A stretch of DNA of 59,150 nt from Dimargaris cristalligena (GCA_003614675.1 ML002248.1:1-59150), one strand, 5' to 3'. Shown: positions 40,301 through 46,670, numbered from the stretch's first letter. Notes: generated by a model not told the origin, from the letters alone. Program-made: numbers and translations.

Positions 40301-41787
40301 CGGCCACCTTTTTCCAAGTCGGTGGCAACTCCCTGTCGGCAATCCAATTAGTATCCCGCTGCCGTCGCCTGAACCTTCAGCTGGCCCTAATGGATATCAA
40401 CCGATCCAATACGATTACCTACCTTGCCGAATTAACCTCCGCTACGTCCGATTCCATCGAAGTATTTGATAGGGATGCCCCTGTTCCCGCTGATTCGGAA
40501 TCACGAGCGGTACGACTCACCCCACCCCAGGTGGAGTTGTTCGACCTTCAACTAGCTGACCCTCACTTCTTCCCGCTAGCCACCATGTTTGAATCCAGTG
40601 CTCGATTTAGCCCTGAGCAGTGGCAAGCCGCCTGGACTAAGGTGGTTCAGCGCCACGATATGCTCCGGGCCCGTTTCCTGTCCATCGACGGGAAAACAGT
40701 GACCAAGTTTGCCGATTTGGATGATCTATCGTCCACCTGTTTTAAATATCACCAAATGACGGATATCCGCGATGCGCTGGCCCAACTCAACAGTATTAAC
40801 CACCTGATTAATTTTGAGACCGGTCCAATCTCCCAGATTCGAGTATTCGATATCAATGGCGTTCAATACGTCTACATTGCTGTCCACCACCTGGTCTTTG
40901 ACTATCTGTCAGTCCAGATTGTCCGGGAAGACCTTTCGGCCTTTGTAACAGACCAGACTGTGGAACCTCTGACCCATTCATACAGGGCGTGGGCAGACCA
41001 CCTCTGGTCCCTGGCCCAGTCCGTGGACCCAATGAGTATCGACTTACTTCCATCCGTCTGTATTCTGTCTTCTGAATTATCGGTGGATGGCACTCCAATG
41101 ACCAACGAAACCCGGGAACGTGTGGTGGTCCTAATCGATCAGAATGCGACCCATCGCCTCATGACCACTGTGGCGCAACAGCTCGGCGCTACGCCCATTG
41201 AATTAATTTTAACGACCCTGGTTTGTGCCTACTACCGCCAGTTCGGACTATCCCAGATGGACATGGCATACGTAGGTCATGGTCGCAGAGATCCCCGTGG
41301 CCAGTGCGATGTCTCTCGGACTGTCGGGTTCTTTGCCTGTCAGCTTCCACTAGTTTTCCAGGGAGCAACGAATGGCAATCTGATGGACACACTGCGTGCC
41401 GTTCAAAGCACGTTAAGCACGGGCGTAGATAACGGGTTCTTATATACAGTAGTCAAGAATTTACATTGCTTCACCAAGGATCAGGTCGAACTACAACAGC
41501 AGTTTGATGTACAACCCCAATTCGGCTTCACGTATTTAGACGACATGGCTGTTCGTGATTCGTCAGATGCCGATATTATCTTGGTTGAACGGTCAGCGAT
41601 GCTTAACGACTTGCGCACTGCAAAAAGCCAAAACAAGTACCCGTATTTACTCGACTTTGGGGTGTGGAACACCACAGAGGGGTTGGAAATTATTACCAAT
41701 TTCAACTCGAGGCAGTTCCGAATGGATACCATGAGGGCGTTTAACTCGCATTGGAAAGAATGTCTTCTCGAAGTGTCCCAACTTTAA
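19387..41787 (+). CDS. Multimodular nonribosomal peptide synthetase, 7466 aa, intronless
   Basis: Five intact A domains (SG[T/S]TGxPKG, YGPTE, [T/S]GD and a terminal GK-x-D lysine) at about 20190-21600, 26410-27810, 31000-32420, 34200-35610 and 38770-40180. T domains with GGDS at ~21760, 27976, 32566, 35755 and GGNS at 40321. C domains HHSHLDGWS (22381), HHALIDGWS (30034), HHALLDAWS (33247) and HHALIDGWS (37810). E domains HHLVVDLVSW/ESHGR/TVGWFT/FNYLG (~28150-29520) and HHFAVDFVSW/EGHGR/RTVGWFT (~35930-37290). Degenerate A-T-C at ~23330-26310. E-like terminal domain at ~40510-41780. Confidence 0.98.
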   Translation: MVAFASAPISHSMGFLLPVVPMEYQPDIDLPLGKPRTNPPGYAAWCYGVSFPDLDLLHHDQFKQGCQLAMATLLSRYYRQPAVAFAHWQGPVGPNIFVDQFNGELDLVLARMNPDTPVSAISLQHLAPDYLPTLSGPVVEVVLHSDADGSSTLTPMSETNIGYNQPKEVEANSHITELLAQSTAHLVVSCALGQGHFQITVTYARALYRDSAVAEFTSQFGTVLQAVAQALLDDQPTLVREIPWVSDRELARLSDFSHSGQPTRAIGRPVHHLFGDCAQLYPDHLALVDGSNEWTYAQLDYASSELARVLVAQYSACPEVRFALLIPKSIAYMVTILAVLKSGAAYVPLDPDYPTDRIQFVLEDSDASLLLVDESSFGRVASQFNVPTMTVNPFVQQPISGVLSDFQPFLSAPSDLAYVIYTSGTTGRPKGVLIEHRGVANFATDPYLRREYGPGRRVYQAGSVAFDGILVNTFRALCAGGTLVIPTDNILEDLQNIHVGTLTTTFLSRLDPKGFTNLETLAIGGESLLPDQQARWTPHCILANHYGPTETTVYSNLAAIGRDDDITIGRPIGNVINLVVDDELQLVPVGVPGELLIGGIGVARGYQNLPELTAQKFIPNPYGEGRVYRTGDYVRWLSNGTVEFLGRIDNQIKLRGYRIEIEEIENVASQFPGLKQCVAAVVEDTLVLYASPEDLEPTSLLDYLKDRLSKQMVPELVVPVPNFKTTILGKLDRRSLPSIGHLLSKNSFLSPTGSDTNGPQSEAEEDLRRVWGKVLQRDPGRIGTTDHFFKVGGDSISAILLVSECRQLGYQLTVSLIYQYPELFQMAAQVQHLSSIDNINGVQFSLSEIEFQQVTEELGHRGISSSEVEVLLPCIGVQGGLLVGLGVDPSAYTVQISLKLNGSLDYHRLTQAWNAVASQHPPLRTVFVESSAKRSQGFVQAVIRSPSDVWTLGNKPLACLDSFFTNNLRRGFVLQELMIRNFVFPTADSQVHDVVISAHHSHLDGWSMSLLLQAWMAAYHHPEILAPSPLISFPTVVEYLSQMDNTQAGEFWSTYLRNAHSTPAPMLFPGSSGASGSATYYTVIDIPKTQMQQFTQSVGITLATLFRAAYALVLSRLLDQDDVIFGVILSGRNLDLLGMDQVIGLCINTLPFRACLGQSPLYSWLQSLHQAQSNMIQFEHSTLPDVTRWASTGQSGPLFHTLLGFENYNGYAAEPSHHITLSDLRVHEATEYPLTVDFLVQSTDIQAKALYSTSTYSEEAIRHLVGMIQTAVEQIILAQPGTTVDQLTLMTSPSSHSIVYDQEEFSAASALPAQSLAKTWDTIILEYSEHPVYISKGHVLLYGQLDHLADGLALQSGQILKVPRPSIMALVESVEQYMVCLVSAVKMGARLTLLAPPCTIDQLVVCVNLTASQIAWLPSAKAEEIRPFLKGVVPLITVPSAIDESISRTLAPRGFKPLIDRQDPSLTFTSKKNSDDLVLSTINGSCIRCTLASTHHYTSDKAGIIIDHSLSLDTPQAAWLILSSLTSHATVLSHTSPLDEHTKSSSCHVMTADALHSDLGESNRLVLCDLAQAHQSDCISLVKSTDICISFIESIFHGYQQVTKEQLTSQSFPTADKPSNNYCLDVLDGHGHPCPPGAVGRLTFTSPVPLDHSAPQKYLILGYRADDNRIHMLGPDSQRVVVKGQHIHLGILTRALTEAGALSPQCIVLPDGRPVALIANTAEVDLTRLKEFATPPAIPLALVPHAIISIYAFPHVAGLSDHHLAFFVQAYLTTLTLRHSESLLETEWWLTVVVNELCASPSHSNDYTTTSLLRTSSEATLVQLEMFQYRIRIKFGINMPLGDLVKHAELRTLASTLLDRINRLPSAYSGDSGVEEVSISVPVSSQLNLRSQAVTDRQHQIWSLSRLGHTPSDFYHQCVITSEVPLQLEVVQRAVNNLSATFESLRCQFISVRGALTCTVLPQVRTGISETQLSTSQSLSMDKLFSDEVKFNLDRGVLSQVNLYHFPTTTEGGAASAICLRIHDIAADWQMFSKMVNHLTMGLYGISPNNSEPLVTKLNPGYHAVKGTDTSYWTTLLSDPPTELTLPLDHARPLLPSFRSATVHLTIEPKLVSSLASLKSAGPFAQGDIWLALFAVFLRRLTGQDDIVIDYCGLEDPPNGQVGGSTEQPATNLPVRCSGNWPAHIPQLAENINLQRHQSMSHPIPSIDFYSSFVDHLGLNRLSSSLARVRISLHQGSHEKSGTNGSQITYPDNSQSLFPYDLELVIRESTLGHSCHLLFNPDILESSTAKRLLSNFLHYAQECLCSEMSWSDASTVSTKESRVLLQEFALGGLHPDQMAVESPAGVLCQFNRMAALYPNCSATEISGQVWTYLDLVDRIHLVAAGLRDAQIQPGDKIGVIVTNHPNTVAGMLAAWVVGAVYVPVDHKLPVKRQKYVIEAACCKVVLNATDSPSQLPNTLVLSELLEGNGDFGNRSNIYNSRPDDLAYVIFTSGSTGLPKGVMVTHSNLDHQVGNPVFQDFQVAGQRVMAGTAPGFDVFILNSLLPLCNGSTLVFYGDNLAETLRQVDQTWLVPSVINRLNPSDYPNLKKLCLAGEPLSRELVDKWSIIPDIYNGYGPTETTIISHFTRVPPTGTIPIGPPIFNYECYILDSQLQLVPIGAIGEILIGGVGVSCGYINRSDLNPTAFIENTFTGRGKLYRTGDLGRWLTNGQVECLGRMDSQIKLRGFRIELDEIRSVLMRQLGVQNCVVFVHGQFLVGYVFPESAANSNGLHIALADSLPSYMVPSYFMGLPTVPLTANGKCDTKFLQSHFTEYLASQRKQAPSSNLALDLSSRPLGALTEALADVLGLALAQINIQLSFVKLGGDSISAIQVSSKCRQLGFTLPTSMILGSKSLCELVGSMEVISPTVGQTALHQPIQYRTPFPFTPVQQWFFDHPWRNPHHFNQSFALELTQTLSAPQIESALLRLINHHDILRCQFTQDVSHSPNRWSQCILPPFASLPIPVVEVTAPLSDCPGHFLSIQSSLDISQGHHMAAGLITLSEHNIDSSSDTVSHFAVSSQASPRQLLYLTIHHLVVDLVSWSILLEDLARLLDGQLPVPQHLSFVTWATELVDWAKETAHVADLSLAPMILASFLPLSSPDALAFNTQRNSQYLSITLDKINSDALLGAYDLPIQPLELMFAGIFQALYSLTQASALCVFNESHGRHSWESSLDPSHTVGWFTALVPCQVQADAGTSTSDFLKLAKQALRSSNGTNGLQYGLQRIVNCSKVEASNDRPYLPIEVVFNYLGHTMDYGTLTQQGRAPWAPRPELTAGLAVCDADELRTQILEIIGYPTSEGLVFMVRYCPQVIATGIIESLLGCFRDSLVGMVQAIQQSPSPPLWTPTDFPDLQATLPELTKLESELATIGLTPHDVEDLYPMLPMQQGMWTATAKDPSEYLVQLAFTVTGVSNVDRLEAATQAVVSDYTVLRTMFVTTWSNFHCQGVQVVTREPRFGWQIINEWSDVDSICEADFMQSNKRRGFGPNEPLLRVLVNQLSANVIRYLLSIHHALIDGWSIGILISRLRAHLQNNAGIQLVRPPVFRDYVAHLQKSSKEDAKLFWSEYLRGIEQPTDLELPKPARKCNSPIAELKMTLFQNVSPITQLAHRMGITPYVLVKSAWALLLSRYTGQPDVIFGNTVSGRALPLADIESHLGCLINTVPFRVHADESMSVAQWVTAIHDNSQQVISFEHHHISEINTWVEGEIRPSDLFNTLVVYESYPETEINDRDHSVIFTDTEFLESSDYPLTLVVLMEKGQLNACLKWNSQQFGSTYIDVMARHLFTLFNGLVSALSDTDGQVRVQDLPMLSPNERAVVIEKFASRHLTIDPGACVPDLFTRSAQIRPNVIAVEYEDTKWTYAYLHSQALNLAQRLLVRGVPRETPIGLLIDRIPSTIAAFMGLQLSGAVLVPLDPTFPIERIRYIVEDCNIGLVLTNMADQSKLDTIHLALTQVEIQPIDPLLLPLQLAQDQLPILPHIHSSDLSYIVYTSGTTGRPKGVQIEHCLMGNFVQQLESTVGISAGLRLMQNMAMTFDGALLEIFTSLCKGATLVLRTDLLDTLPKVNGLFATPTVLASLDPTKYPNLQMVISGGEALPQEVAKRWAHHCRVFNMYGPTEVLASHTVEYRLGDVMTIGYPVPNTQGYILDRFLHPVPIGVRGEIYVGGAQVTRGYVNLPGLNAARLIPNPFSGSGNMYRTGDSARWLPNGTVEYFSRHDDQVKIRGHRIEPREIEAVLLSHPDVQSAAVVIISQSIYGFVCPASVSIGSIKLHIGRILPAYMNPKTIFIIEMLPCNTNGKTDKHALATRIAELTVMTTGRAITAPLNSVQALVVEALSQTLDIPSVEIDIYDSFFQHGGDSISAIRLSSLCRDRGLYLSIAQVFKCSNIIELAECASDHAMSDNLPEAHNFAHYEPYSLLGEVGDPSSVVKYLLHEASSQLKMDLDNITDILPASGLQLGFLISTLKDPSAYMVQESFTISGDLDLDRLQQAWYLLAEHHDILRTKFFRPESLSSHSFLQVITKRCDIEWSVHTDIVDDWSTLEKTYFEIDRRRGFTFDGPLLRMGFFTSPATGDLRHLCFLTFHHALLDAWSQNIVLTQLVDLYHGTKPTPSTQFSSYISHLQSTNPSQLQKFWQTTLENAQSTPPIHFPVHLPEPLDCNYGIYRTTLSLNLSSLHAFCRQQSITLNSLLRSVWALTLSRYLGLSSEVSFGVLTSGRNVPVPGVQEMVGMCINTIPFRASLDQSTSVTNFVQRLHRQSGELTASEQCGLVDIYKWGQINSETKLFNSLMIYDNFPPSAPSTSNPDITLELSDVQNFTEYAYTVSFFDNSDNLDCHLVYDMTHCDDTYACHLIRFIDHCLSMMVHAPCLSLGELMILPIDEAQLVHGWAQGPVREFPQKQWLAYRLFSQHVSSRSEAVALETSNHRFTYAEVYHRSCCIALTLQQRGFSPGNLAALIFTKSADFIFSYLGVLLAGGVCIPMDAGNALDRLQYMFGLLDSPWLMTTVSHYKNCSDHISVMDSQCCFVDTMDYSKIVVDLFRPDTSRTSSDLAYIVFTSGTTGRPKGIPVRHESLVNFTVSNCETIQLDTECRFLQLLNISFDGCLLEIFGAFHCGGTLVLQDGNLLDTLTRVDTCFLIPSMLSAIDIETYPNLKTVFIGGEPVPLNIAYQWCERVRLFNIYGPTEITIVCHTDQVYSSEPLSIGRSLANTQGYVLDDQLQPVPVGVPGELCIGGVGVSSGYWKQPELAAKSFVPNPFGPGCLYRSGDMVCWLSSGKIQFISRKDFQVKLRGYRIELGEIENVASSVDGVTNAIACVSQQQLILYIAPGSVDTGALRTQLTVKLPQYMVPNFIIPLDSIPMTTVGKADRKTLQARALPEDTTDEAIDIDSLSSIFQLMRAALVDTLKIDPQRATPSASFLRLGGDSISAIQFSNRCKRLGLRLSVADILKYPQLSVMEQRAHMVDTNNLPSAQFIDPAGPIPFTAVQRYALKQYRFINQFNQSMLLKCRQTLTRTTLAQTLTTLMAHHDILRVQLEHSNGQWQQRVISIPAGSSTWSNRFLSIEEATLTLDEYPAWVSQIQRNISIEHGPIMACGLLMLDGEQHIYLTIHHFAVDFVSWRIILEDLEALLTNQDLPAKTMPFRDWATQVHTFAQTLSESIWPVEFTPADSIPLDYPFSSASDLGTPLAITYHSFEVQQASLGLDLSDTLYTEVSPTVGASPQEFLIASLLLSLQKTFGLSVIELELEGHGRRTWDSAIDISRTVGWFTSIYPALFHLNQAETHHAFGHTLGSLALVKQRMRSIPDHGFPYSLQRYLKGTSPLSAPAINRAAPEAGMVPSDDWNRITFNYSGRFEQLEAQNAFWRPHHIEMGWTDDWSKDEVFSRALSVACDYTVGEGLVLSVMYSNKLHHNITIQRLVDQWRTSLEELILECKVVPAPSIVTASDFSSAQLTESDFAKMVQDDLPLLDLILADIEDIYPCLPVQEGLLFATLQDPAAYMVQLGFNISGQLNVGRFYQAWNQTARDHPILRTRFLTASGCDASKNLQVVARDFNAHWLIRSWEKDCADTMRDQFFLQERTTGFNPDQPWIRFGLFRTAPNSFKLLVSVHHALIDGWSVGLLLHSVCCNYFEDPLPKAVHYRDFVDYIGNQDNAVAKRFWSDKFSGVGEPSLLVQANHHPAFPALRPSDTAFYGTVERSVPILEKINKLISTNGVTLSTLLRVAMAATLHRHTGSTDPVFGVVVSGRNVPVEGVENIIGACINTIPCRVALGNNPSVRDILQAVYATSTQTHGFEHCRLTDIHRWSGLSQDRPLFNTLLVLENYPETSANPNLPFQLELDSYWDPTDFPLAVIVHTQGDQLQFRVTYRTLDFSPEFIHLFADHFITTLSCLLSADASSPLSDIQILSPLEREQLLVSWATNPQDFPPVLAHDLFSQQCQSEPHAVALIHNGQKYTYTQLDMAANRLAHSLVLLIPCGSDRIVALVADNCPELIIGQLAIWKTGCAFVILAPDYPLERHQLILKDTQAIAIMGKPSCLSAIDDLGLNVPMIPINSDSLFTDGTTNVYLSPAIDPSHLAAIIYTSGSTGIPKGVMHEHHALANHWQGMGSITNMTLGAITPTLVTPTFDVSLSEIWSTLSFGGTLLVSQGDYESALSQATRACCTPSLLSSFEPANFPNLRQVTITGEPANQGIVNRWADSVDLINWYGPTEVACGSHWFRLQANKKIIPIGAPLPNATGIILDTYLRPVPVGAVGQLYLGGRGVARGYLNRPELTQEKFILSPFTSERIYQSGDLARWLPNGQIECLGRIDNQVKLRGFRIELGEIESALEHHAAVAQACVVIQDDTHLVGYIVPPSGQSTAILDSLRSRLPYYMVPSVLVELAELPLTRVGKVDRRTLPKHDFAAISNSHKAAQVSPAEAQLIGLVAETLRIDPSVISPAATFFQVGGNSLSAIQLVSRCRRLNLQLALMDINRSNTITYLAELTSATSDSIEVFDRDAPVPADSESRAVRLTPPQVELFDLQLADPHFFPLATMFESSARFSPEQWQAAWTKVVQRHDMLRARFLSIDGKTVTKFADLDDLSSTCFKYHQMTDIRDALAQLNSINHLINFETGPISQIRVFDINGVQYVYIAVHHLVFDYLSVQIVREDLSAFVTDQTVEPLTHSYRAWADHLWSLAQSVDPMSIDLLPSVCILSSELSVDGTPMTNETRERVVVLIDQNATHRLMTTVAQQLGATPIELILTTLVCAYYRQFGLSQMDMAYVGHGRRDPRGQCDVSRTVGFFACQLPLVFQGATNGNLMDTLRAVQSTLSTGVDNGFLYTVVKNLHCFTKDQVELQQQFDVQPQFGFTYLDDMAVRDSSDADIILVERSAMLNDLRTAKSQNKYPYLLDFGVWNTTEGLEIITNFNSRQFRMDTMRAFNSHWKECLLEVSQL

Positions 41788-42982
41788 ATACCTCTTGCTT
41801 AATTTAATCGTATAGTACGCTGCACTTGACTATTTTTTTGACCAGCGACACCCTCTAATTATGTGTTGTCACTAAACGCAAATACGAGCCAGTACGGTTA
41901 ATCAATATACTATACTTGGTATGATGCTGCCCAAACACGCCCTTTTTATGTACTATAACCAAGTCCCATTAATTCCTAAAGCTTTTTACGTGATTTGATT
42001 TTGCCGATTATTATATTATTGCCTGCACGACAATTTATTAACTAATTTCGATACATAATAGGGGAGATCAGTAAACTGGTCGCGGAGATATGGCTAAAAG
42101 AGAAACTGATTTAAAAAGAAAGAAGAGAAAAGATAAGGGAAAAGAGGGTGGTCTGCAAGGCCGACTGGCCCTATATTGTTCTATTGTCGTTGGTCAATAA
42201 AGGCGGGGTCCCCTCTACAAAAGGGGGACACCGTCTCATTCTGGCATACCTTTCCCCATCACCTGATTTATATTCTACAGCGAAAAGGACTCGCCACTTA
42301 TTATTACATTCCCGAGCCCCTTTTTTGCACCTCCTGGTCTTACTCCAATCTATACTATCAGCTATATTCCTTCATTTGGGGAGATGTCGTCGTATCCCCA
42401 GCATATATCTTTGATTTCTATTTTGCCTCTTTTCTAGCTATTTTTTGACGTTTTACCGTCGAATTGTATTCTCCATTTGAAATAAAGTGTTGTTACGCTC
42501 CTATCTTTATTCGAACAAGGTACGCTTGTCTGCCTGTCCTCGCTAGCACAATACAACAACCGTACCCATCATTGAAACTCTCTCTCTCTCTCTTTTTTTC
42601 GCTCTTTAAACTCGGCAAACACGCCAGCATTTACCATTAGGAAGCCGGCCTTGACGATATTAGCCTGAATGATATTGCCCTCTGGCTATAATAGAAGATT
42701 TCTTTAGTTTATTAACGAATACAGGGCGAAATTGGGGATGATCAATGGGCACTATTCAATAAGAATCAAATCCCTTTATTGACAACGATCCCATTAACCA
42801 CCCTAAATTATTTAAAATGCGATAGCCATCTCTCCTCTGGCTCGCATGGTCCATTAGAATATTGTGTAATATAAATATAAACTGGGTGGTCCAGATGAAA
42901 TGCAAAATAATGCAGACAAATTATCGCTGGATAAAGGCAACCAATGCGTAGAATATGCCTGTTGATGGTACCATTAGGAGAG

Positions 42983-44513
42983 CTAAGTTCCAGCCTCTAG
43001 TGATGCACGAGGGGTCTCGCTGGTTTGATCCACTTTAATATCGGCCGGCACTTTCAGGGAGTCGGAGAATCGGGAGCTGACGTTGGGTTCGGGGGCCGGC
43101 CTTAAATTATACACAATGATGCCGATGATGATTCCCACGAATGCGAACGGATAGAGCACGTGGATCTATTTGAAATGTCGGAAATGTAGCCCACGGGACG
43201 AACGGACATGGTCGGAGAGGCATTGCAAGGGATGTCAACAAAGACATACCACCACACACGTATCAAATAGTGGATAAGAGGCGGTATCGATGTTAGTACG
43301 GGTGACCGGAGATTAAAGGTCATCTTTCGGATCAGTCTGGAGCCTAAATATGGCCAGTAAGCCCAACACTTAGGTATATTCGTTTTAAGAATAAATCGAA
43401 GGAAGGGCCAATTATGGATTTTAAACTTACCCGGTAATGGAACAGGAAGAGGCCAAACAGGAGCCCGTAGAAATCCGAGGTTAGGAGGGAGATGTTAAAG
43501 AACGTGGCGGAACTCAGGCGGAATAGGTAGGGAGTGACCGAATACATGGTAAATAAACTGAGATCAAAGAGAACCACGTAAAGCACGGCGGGGCGGGTCC
43601 ATTTGGTATTCGCGATTTCATTACGTTCTAAAATGGCCAATTGAATCCCGTTGACAATAGTCCCAAAGAACCCCAAATGGCCAATGACTTCGTAAATAGG
43701 GAACTGCCGCACGGAAAATTCCTCGAGAATATTGGAGACACCGTAGAGGGTAGCACCCAATAAACAAAAGAGGTCGCCTTTGAGGGGGTTGGAGCCGGCG
43801 TAGTCCCGGTCGGTGATGGAGTCGGCCACGACTAGCAGAGCCATACCGACGAGGCATACGAAAACCCCGAGGTACTGGGTAATATGAAAGCGCACTTTAA
43901 GCAGTAAATAACTAAGGACCACCACCACGGGGATCGCCCACGTGTCCAGCAACATGGCGCTCAGCAGGGAGGTGTATTGGTAGGCCTTGACCACAAAGTA
44001 GTTGCCCTCCACGTCGACAATGGCCAAGCCCAAATACATCCAGCCCCGCCGCCGGAGAATGCGCATCCAAGTCCGCCACCCTCGCCGATAAATAGTGTAG
44101 GGGAGGTAGACGAGGGTTAACAGGACGTAGTTGAGGAAACTCTGGGTGGTGGGGATACTCACCCCATGCTCCTGCGCCAATTGATTGCATACGGAGGTGC
44201 TGGTAATGCAGAGGGACAGCAGCTGGCCAATGGCGAGAATGCGAAGGGTGTGCCGCCAGTCTTGGGGACAGAGGCGGGACTTGACCCAGGCCCAGCGGGT
44301 CAGGGGTTTCTTGGGTTGCTGGAATCCGGCCAGGTCCGGGTCGTTGCTCGCGGAATGGGTGGAAGAGTCGCCGTCACCAGTAGCCTGGGTTTCCCCACTG
44401 GGCCGGCCGGGACCAATGGACAGTACTTCGCACGATTCAACTGTAACTCCAGGAAATGCACTAAGGGTGCCCTTTTTGGTGTCCAACGAAGGTGGGTCGG
44501 GTTCAACTGCCAT
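42983..44513 (-). CDS. SLC35F1/F2-family (DMT superfamily) solute transporter; 2 exons, ~421 aa
   Basis: Exons 44513-43431 and 43165-42983 (GTAAGT...AATAG). Motifs GQLLSLCIT, PTTQSFLNY, DVEGNYFVVKAYQYTSLLSAMLLD and SSATFFNISLLTSDFYGL. Exon 2 supplies the last TM helix (IHVLYPFAFVGIIIGIIVYN). Confidence 0.92.
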
Positions 44514-46421
44514 TCTAATAAAGTCGAAGGAATGGGCCGGGCGAGGAGTAAAACGAATAGGAGTGAGAGAAAGAGAATATGGTAGAAGTAAAATACCCCG
44601 CGACCTGGGGAATAAAATCAAGGGACTGTGGCTAATAAAAGGGACCCTGGAATAAATAGACAGGAGTATATATATTTCTAAGAATAATAGTAAAGTTTAC
44701 GCCCAACTAGGACTAACTAAACAATCGGGCTGATAGCGGACAGCAGTTTAAATACAGGCGGGATTATTAAAAGTGGGGAAGTAAGAATCAATTAAAAGCC
44801 AGGAGAAAAGCGGAAAGGGGATGCCGACTCCTTCTCATGTCCTAGTAACCAGCGATGGAGGAAAACCATGGACCCCCAGCCACCCGAGAATAGTTTATAA
44901 CCATAGTTGGACTGCAGCAGAAAGCTGTGATTATTATGAAATACGTCAATTAAGGGCAGATTAAGAGTAAACAGCGACATGTAGGCCCAAACCGACCAAA
45001 TGAAACGACGGGCAGGGGGAGAATACGAAGCACATAGTGCGGCCCCTTCTTCTCTCTCCCGGCCAGGTGGCACAAAAGCTGAACTGCCAGTGGCGTGAAA
45101 CCTTCGTGCAGCCGTACGATGTAGAGGGGAGAATGGCCCAGCGATATCGGATAGATTAGGCCTCGATGAGGCTGTAGCCAGGCGAATCTGTTCAACTGTG
45201 TGTATGTTGGGAGGTAAGACGGGGAGTTTGGAGAGTGAATAGACCAGATAACCCCAAGCCTATGCCACTGAAACCTCCCCACCATCCTCGCACTGGGCCA
45301 CTTGAGCGTATATGAGGGGATTGGCCAATGCTAGGTTTTATATTTCCATGGTGTTGTATTAGTGTTCTTTCTCAGCAACGACTCAGCGCAATTCTGGGTG
45401 GGTTTTACCTAATAATTAATCATTCGCGTGTCGGGGTTGGTTTAGATGCCAGTTAGGATAGCCAATGTAGTCTGGGGTGTTATTTAACGACGGGAAAACA
45501 GTTTGCCGTATCTAATAGGTTATCACAGAAAGTGGGTTGGAAGCGGGCAAATGAAGCCCGCATAGCAATTAATACTCATTGGTGAGTGGCTTAAGACACT
45601 GGCCATTCCGGTTTAGCATGGTTACCCCATCTAATAATTACGGATACCGAGAGCGCGAATTAAAAATGCGAATAGCATTAAATTTATTTAAAGTCAAATA
45701 CTGGCCGTTGGACTGGAGGAGGAGGGGGGGGTGATACTTGGCTGGACAAAGTGCCCGAATCTTGGTCAAGGCAGTGTGCCTATGGGGACCTTTCCTGCGC
45801 CTAGTTGAGTTTAGTAGACCAATACACTATGGCCACTATCATTTCCGAGATCAAAAGCTAGCCCTATGCAAAGGCCAACCAGGTCACCAATATACCCTTA
45901 ATAGACATTGGGATCCATGGTTTTGGCTAACTAGAATAACATAGCGCAGCTGTCTCAGTAGCCGCCTTGCCAAAACCACACTTTTAATTGGGTCGCCGCA
46001 ATAATGCTTAAGAGGAGTTGCAGTTTCACTTTAAGCTAGCATTAGTGCACCAAAAGTAATCACCGCCGCAATTACCAACATCATTGCTTCTTTGCCAAGT
46101 CGGCAAAAGCACTAGTCGCCTGAAGACGAAATATTTCCAATCATACGATGCCGAATTTTGGGGTTGGTTTGGGCAATGGACACGTGGCTCATTAAACTGA
46201 CAAGACCCTAATAGCCAGGCCCAGATACACAAAAAGGTGGGGCACCACTGGGGAAACAGATATAGTTTACGATGGTATTTATTGTTACATTGAGCTAGTC
46301 ACCCAGGAATTGGAGAGCGGTGTGGGTCAGGAGCAAACACAAAACTCAATCATAAAGGTTATACAAAATAGAAGGTGCGAAGAATTGGTAAAGATGCACA
46401 TTTCGGGACAAGGAAAAGGTA

Positions 46422-46670
46422 TCAGGTTGCTTTACCAGCGAATTTCGCCGCCAGCCTACCCGTATTTCCTTTAGTAATTACTTCCTTCGCATTGGCGACG
46501 TTTTTGTTAACTGGTCGAGGCATGCCCTTGACGGGACTACGGCGGACCAGGAGACCATGGTGGGCAAGAGCATGAAGGCCCGGCAGCGAGTGAGCCACTA
46601 TAGTTGAATAAGTAAGGCCGATGAGAGCGATGACCAGAAACGCCAGAAACTTCAGAGTAGTCAAATGCAT
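46422..46670 (-). CDS. Small secreted prepro-peptide (82 aa) with a Kex2-like RR site and a cationic mature part
   Basis: ATG start with a hydrophobic signal (KFLAFLVIALIGLTYSTIVA), then LVRR|SP and a Lys/Arg-rich 38-aa remainder. TATATAA lies about 150 nt upstream on the minus strand (~46822-46828). Confidence 0.7.
   Translation of the reverse strand: MHLTTLKFLAFLVIALIGLTYSTIVAHSLPGLHALAHHGLLVRRSPVKGMPRPVNKNVANAKEVITKGNTGRLAAKFAGKAT

Noticed and set aside
19763-41732. Dozens of 60-146 aa ORFs overlapping the NRPS on both strands
   Set aside because: Expected by chance inside a 22-kb coding region; no motifs or independent signals.
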